DNA from: Macrostomum hystrix
Taxonomy: Eukaryota > Animalia > Platyhelminthes
Length of the DNA: 64,000 bases
Direction of reading: 5' to 3'
Assembly: GCA_950097015.1 (NCBI GenBank)
Contig: CATNEN010000003.1
Location: forward strand, 6,944,001-7,008,000
Part shown: piece by piece, positions 62,401 through 64,000 of the stretch
How the letters are laid out: the number at the start of each line of letters is the position of its first letter
Position numbering within the stretch: the first letter of the stretch is position 1
Notes under the pieces: model-generated
Told to the model about the DNA's origin: nothing
The model's database searches: none
What the model saw: the letters and a program-made list of their open reading frames with translations, nothing else
Program-made: the position numbers and the translations under genes

Positions 62401-63740
62401 AGTTCGACGCCCTCACCACTATGTTATAACCCTCGCTAGCGCAGTCGTATTAATTAGTAGTAGTTAAGAGGGGTCGATGGCAGAGCGGATAACGCGTTTG
62501 CCTCTCGCGCCAAGGTCCCTAAGTTCGATTCCGCGGCGAGACCACATTTATTTGGGGGCTTGTCGTGCAGTTTACGCCCTTGAGGGCTAACCTCCAAGGC
62601 ACAGTGAAGTGTATGTATTGTATACTTCCTGACGATGAGAAAGTCAGGGCAGATGTACACATCTGTGAGAGCGCATGCCTGCGTTCGGTATCTGTGTGCG
62701 TGTGTGCTCAGGAGTCAGCAAAATGGGCAGAATTGCCTCCTCGCTGGCTGCGGGTCTAGTGTCACCAAATAATGTACCATGGCCTGCAGCTTAGGTTACT
62801 TGCCTTGTCTTGCTTACTAGGCTAGGCTACAAGACCCTTAAACTCACCGTTGCATTTTGTCGGGCTGTCCTTAATTCCTAGCTGATTGAGCACGAATTCC
62901 ATGAGATTGGCCACAGTAATGGAGCTTGGAATCAAAGCGAACTTCTGTTCAGAAGCTTCAGAAGCAGTGCCATTCTCGTCTATTTCATGCGTGTCTGCGT
63001 TCTCCTCGTTTGCCGGTGACCTCAACGCGATGCTTCGCGGCCGTTGGCGTTGCAGAATGCAGCGCAGTGACATTCTATCTTCTGTAGTAATTTGAGTTTA
63101 GATTGAGTTCTCTTGACAATAGGTCCCGTGAGGTACAGTAGCTAGTTGACTATGGACAGACTGACAGTTAAGTTATGACCCAAATATGCACTATAGCTAA
63201 ATATACCAAGCGGTAGGGCAGATAGGTGAGATCTCAAAGGTGAGAAAAGGTGGATAGGTGAGATCTGAGAGGGTAGAGAGGGTGGATAGGTGAGATCTCA
63301 AAGGGGAGGGAGGGTGGATAGGTGAGATCTCAGAGGGGTGATTGTAAATAACAAAGGAGAATGAAAATTCTTATTTTAGTATGAAATATGTCAAAAGCCA
63401 GACTTTTAAAAGTTAAAGTCCTCCTAACGTTACCGTTCTCTTGATCCTTGGACTTAATATAAAAACTAGTAGACTGTAGCTGTTTAAACTGTAAGGCCTG
63501 TCTCTGAACTGGCTTCTGTTGAAGCAGATTCTGTAGAATATTCGAATTTGACGCAATAGCCAAGACCGGTATAGGATTGTTACTTCTGCTGACGATGCTA
63601 GTCGCAGGGTTTCGGCCAGTTCTAGCAAAACTAGGCATATTTGCTTTAGACGATCCTTCATTTGATGGATTAAATTTAAAGCTAAATTTCTCACGCAGAG
63701 CTTTCATGTACGGGTTTCTTGAAGCAGACGGCTCGTTCAT
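59490..63740 (-). CDS. Defective proventriculus (dve)/SATB-like homeobox protein; exons 63434-63740, 62848-63081, 62000-62129, 61797-61923, 60880-61042, ?-60277, 59490-59888
   Basis: CMP/ULD-like domain across exons (LRCIL..FALIPS..LMEFVLNQLG..KIVMPGWKTL..ICSNP..LLGNVSNIAVLLI), CUTL-like GCPLDE motif, and atypical homeodomain RCRLFIDPHTEIPQLEKYF..N.HP..INSMPFR..KNVRLWFKNRRAR typical of dve. Phases match for all introns except one unresolved donor near 60040-60150. Confidence 0.8.
60314..60860. repeat. 19-bp minisatellite (ACACAGGTTAGCACCTGTT) in dve-like intron
   Basis: Direct tandem periodicity. Each unit is a quasi-palindrome. Confidence 0.93.
62470..62790 (+). mobile_element. tRNA-derived SINE copy 3 (longest copy)
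   Basis: A-box TGGCAGAGCGG, B-box GTTCGATTCC, and the same body blocks as copies 1 and 2. Confidence 0.8.
63215..63338. repeat. Short ~30-bp tandem repeat (GGTGGATAGGTGAGATCTC)
   Basis: Four diverged copies in the dve-like first intron. Confidence 0.75.
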
Positions 63741-64000
63741 TGTGTAATTTCTTCGTTTTTTACTCGTAGTTTTGTAACAACAACTAGCGACAGCGAGTTT
63801 GTAAAGAAATTAGGGATGCCTCTTTGGAATCATAAAGCAGGGTTATATGGACAGGCAGGCAGGGGTAAAGTGAACTGACTCACTGAGAAAGTTGCTTATG
63901 TCTGGTTTTTATTCAGATGGTATGGGAAGAAATAAAGAGAGCGGCTGGCAAATCGTGTAGGGGAAGAGGCTGTAATTCAGTTCAAGCCATATTAGAAACA

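Noticed and set aside
62470-62545. Functional tRNA genes at the SINE heads (also 40765, 41503)
   Set aside because: Copies are mutually diverged, continue into a shared non-tRNA body and lack a Pol III terminator after the head.
62628-62650. Complete hammerhead ribozyme at CTGACGA-TGA-GAAA
   Set aside because: No stem II, and no convincing stem III with an NUH site could be built. The segment folds more simply as a CCTGAC/GTCAGG hairpin.

Overview
Eukaryotic (metazoan) genomic DNA with spliceosomal introns. The style suggests a free-living flatworm such as Macrostomum (inference from minisatellite-filled introns, polyQ/polyA tracts and co-oriented housekeeping genes). The + strand carries most of a compact, nearly intronless DEKA-type voltage-gated sodium channel gene (<1-5530). 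All other recognisable genes are on the - strand. In transcription order they are: a dve/SATB-like homeobox gene, NDUFAF6, a stand-alone ZnF-UBP gene, USP5/13, IGHMBP2, POLE3/CHRAC17, NPRL3, KLHDC9, a secreted PAN/apple-domain gene and TMEM205. By hand tally roughly 24-25 kb (about 38%) is tandem repeat, with about 20 arrays including a 9.6 kb 20-bp satellite that appears to fill one POLE3 intron. There are also three copies of a tRNA-derived SINE and one MITE with an 8-bp TSD. Most notable observations: (1) a 134-aa ubiquitin-binding ZnF-UBP-only gene next to USP5, whose core is 321/322 nt identical to USP5 while its tail is old and diverged (gene-conversion signature); (2) genes whose first exon lacks an ATG and may take it from a flatworm spliced leader; (3) a Nav channel with an altered inactivation latch and altered domain IV pore; (4) a SINE carrying an HDV-ribozyme-like P3/L3 motif. 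Exon boundaries were derived by hand from GT/AG sites, phase and remembered family motifs, and need RNA-seq confirmation.
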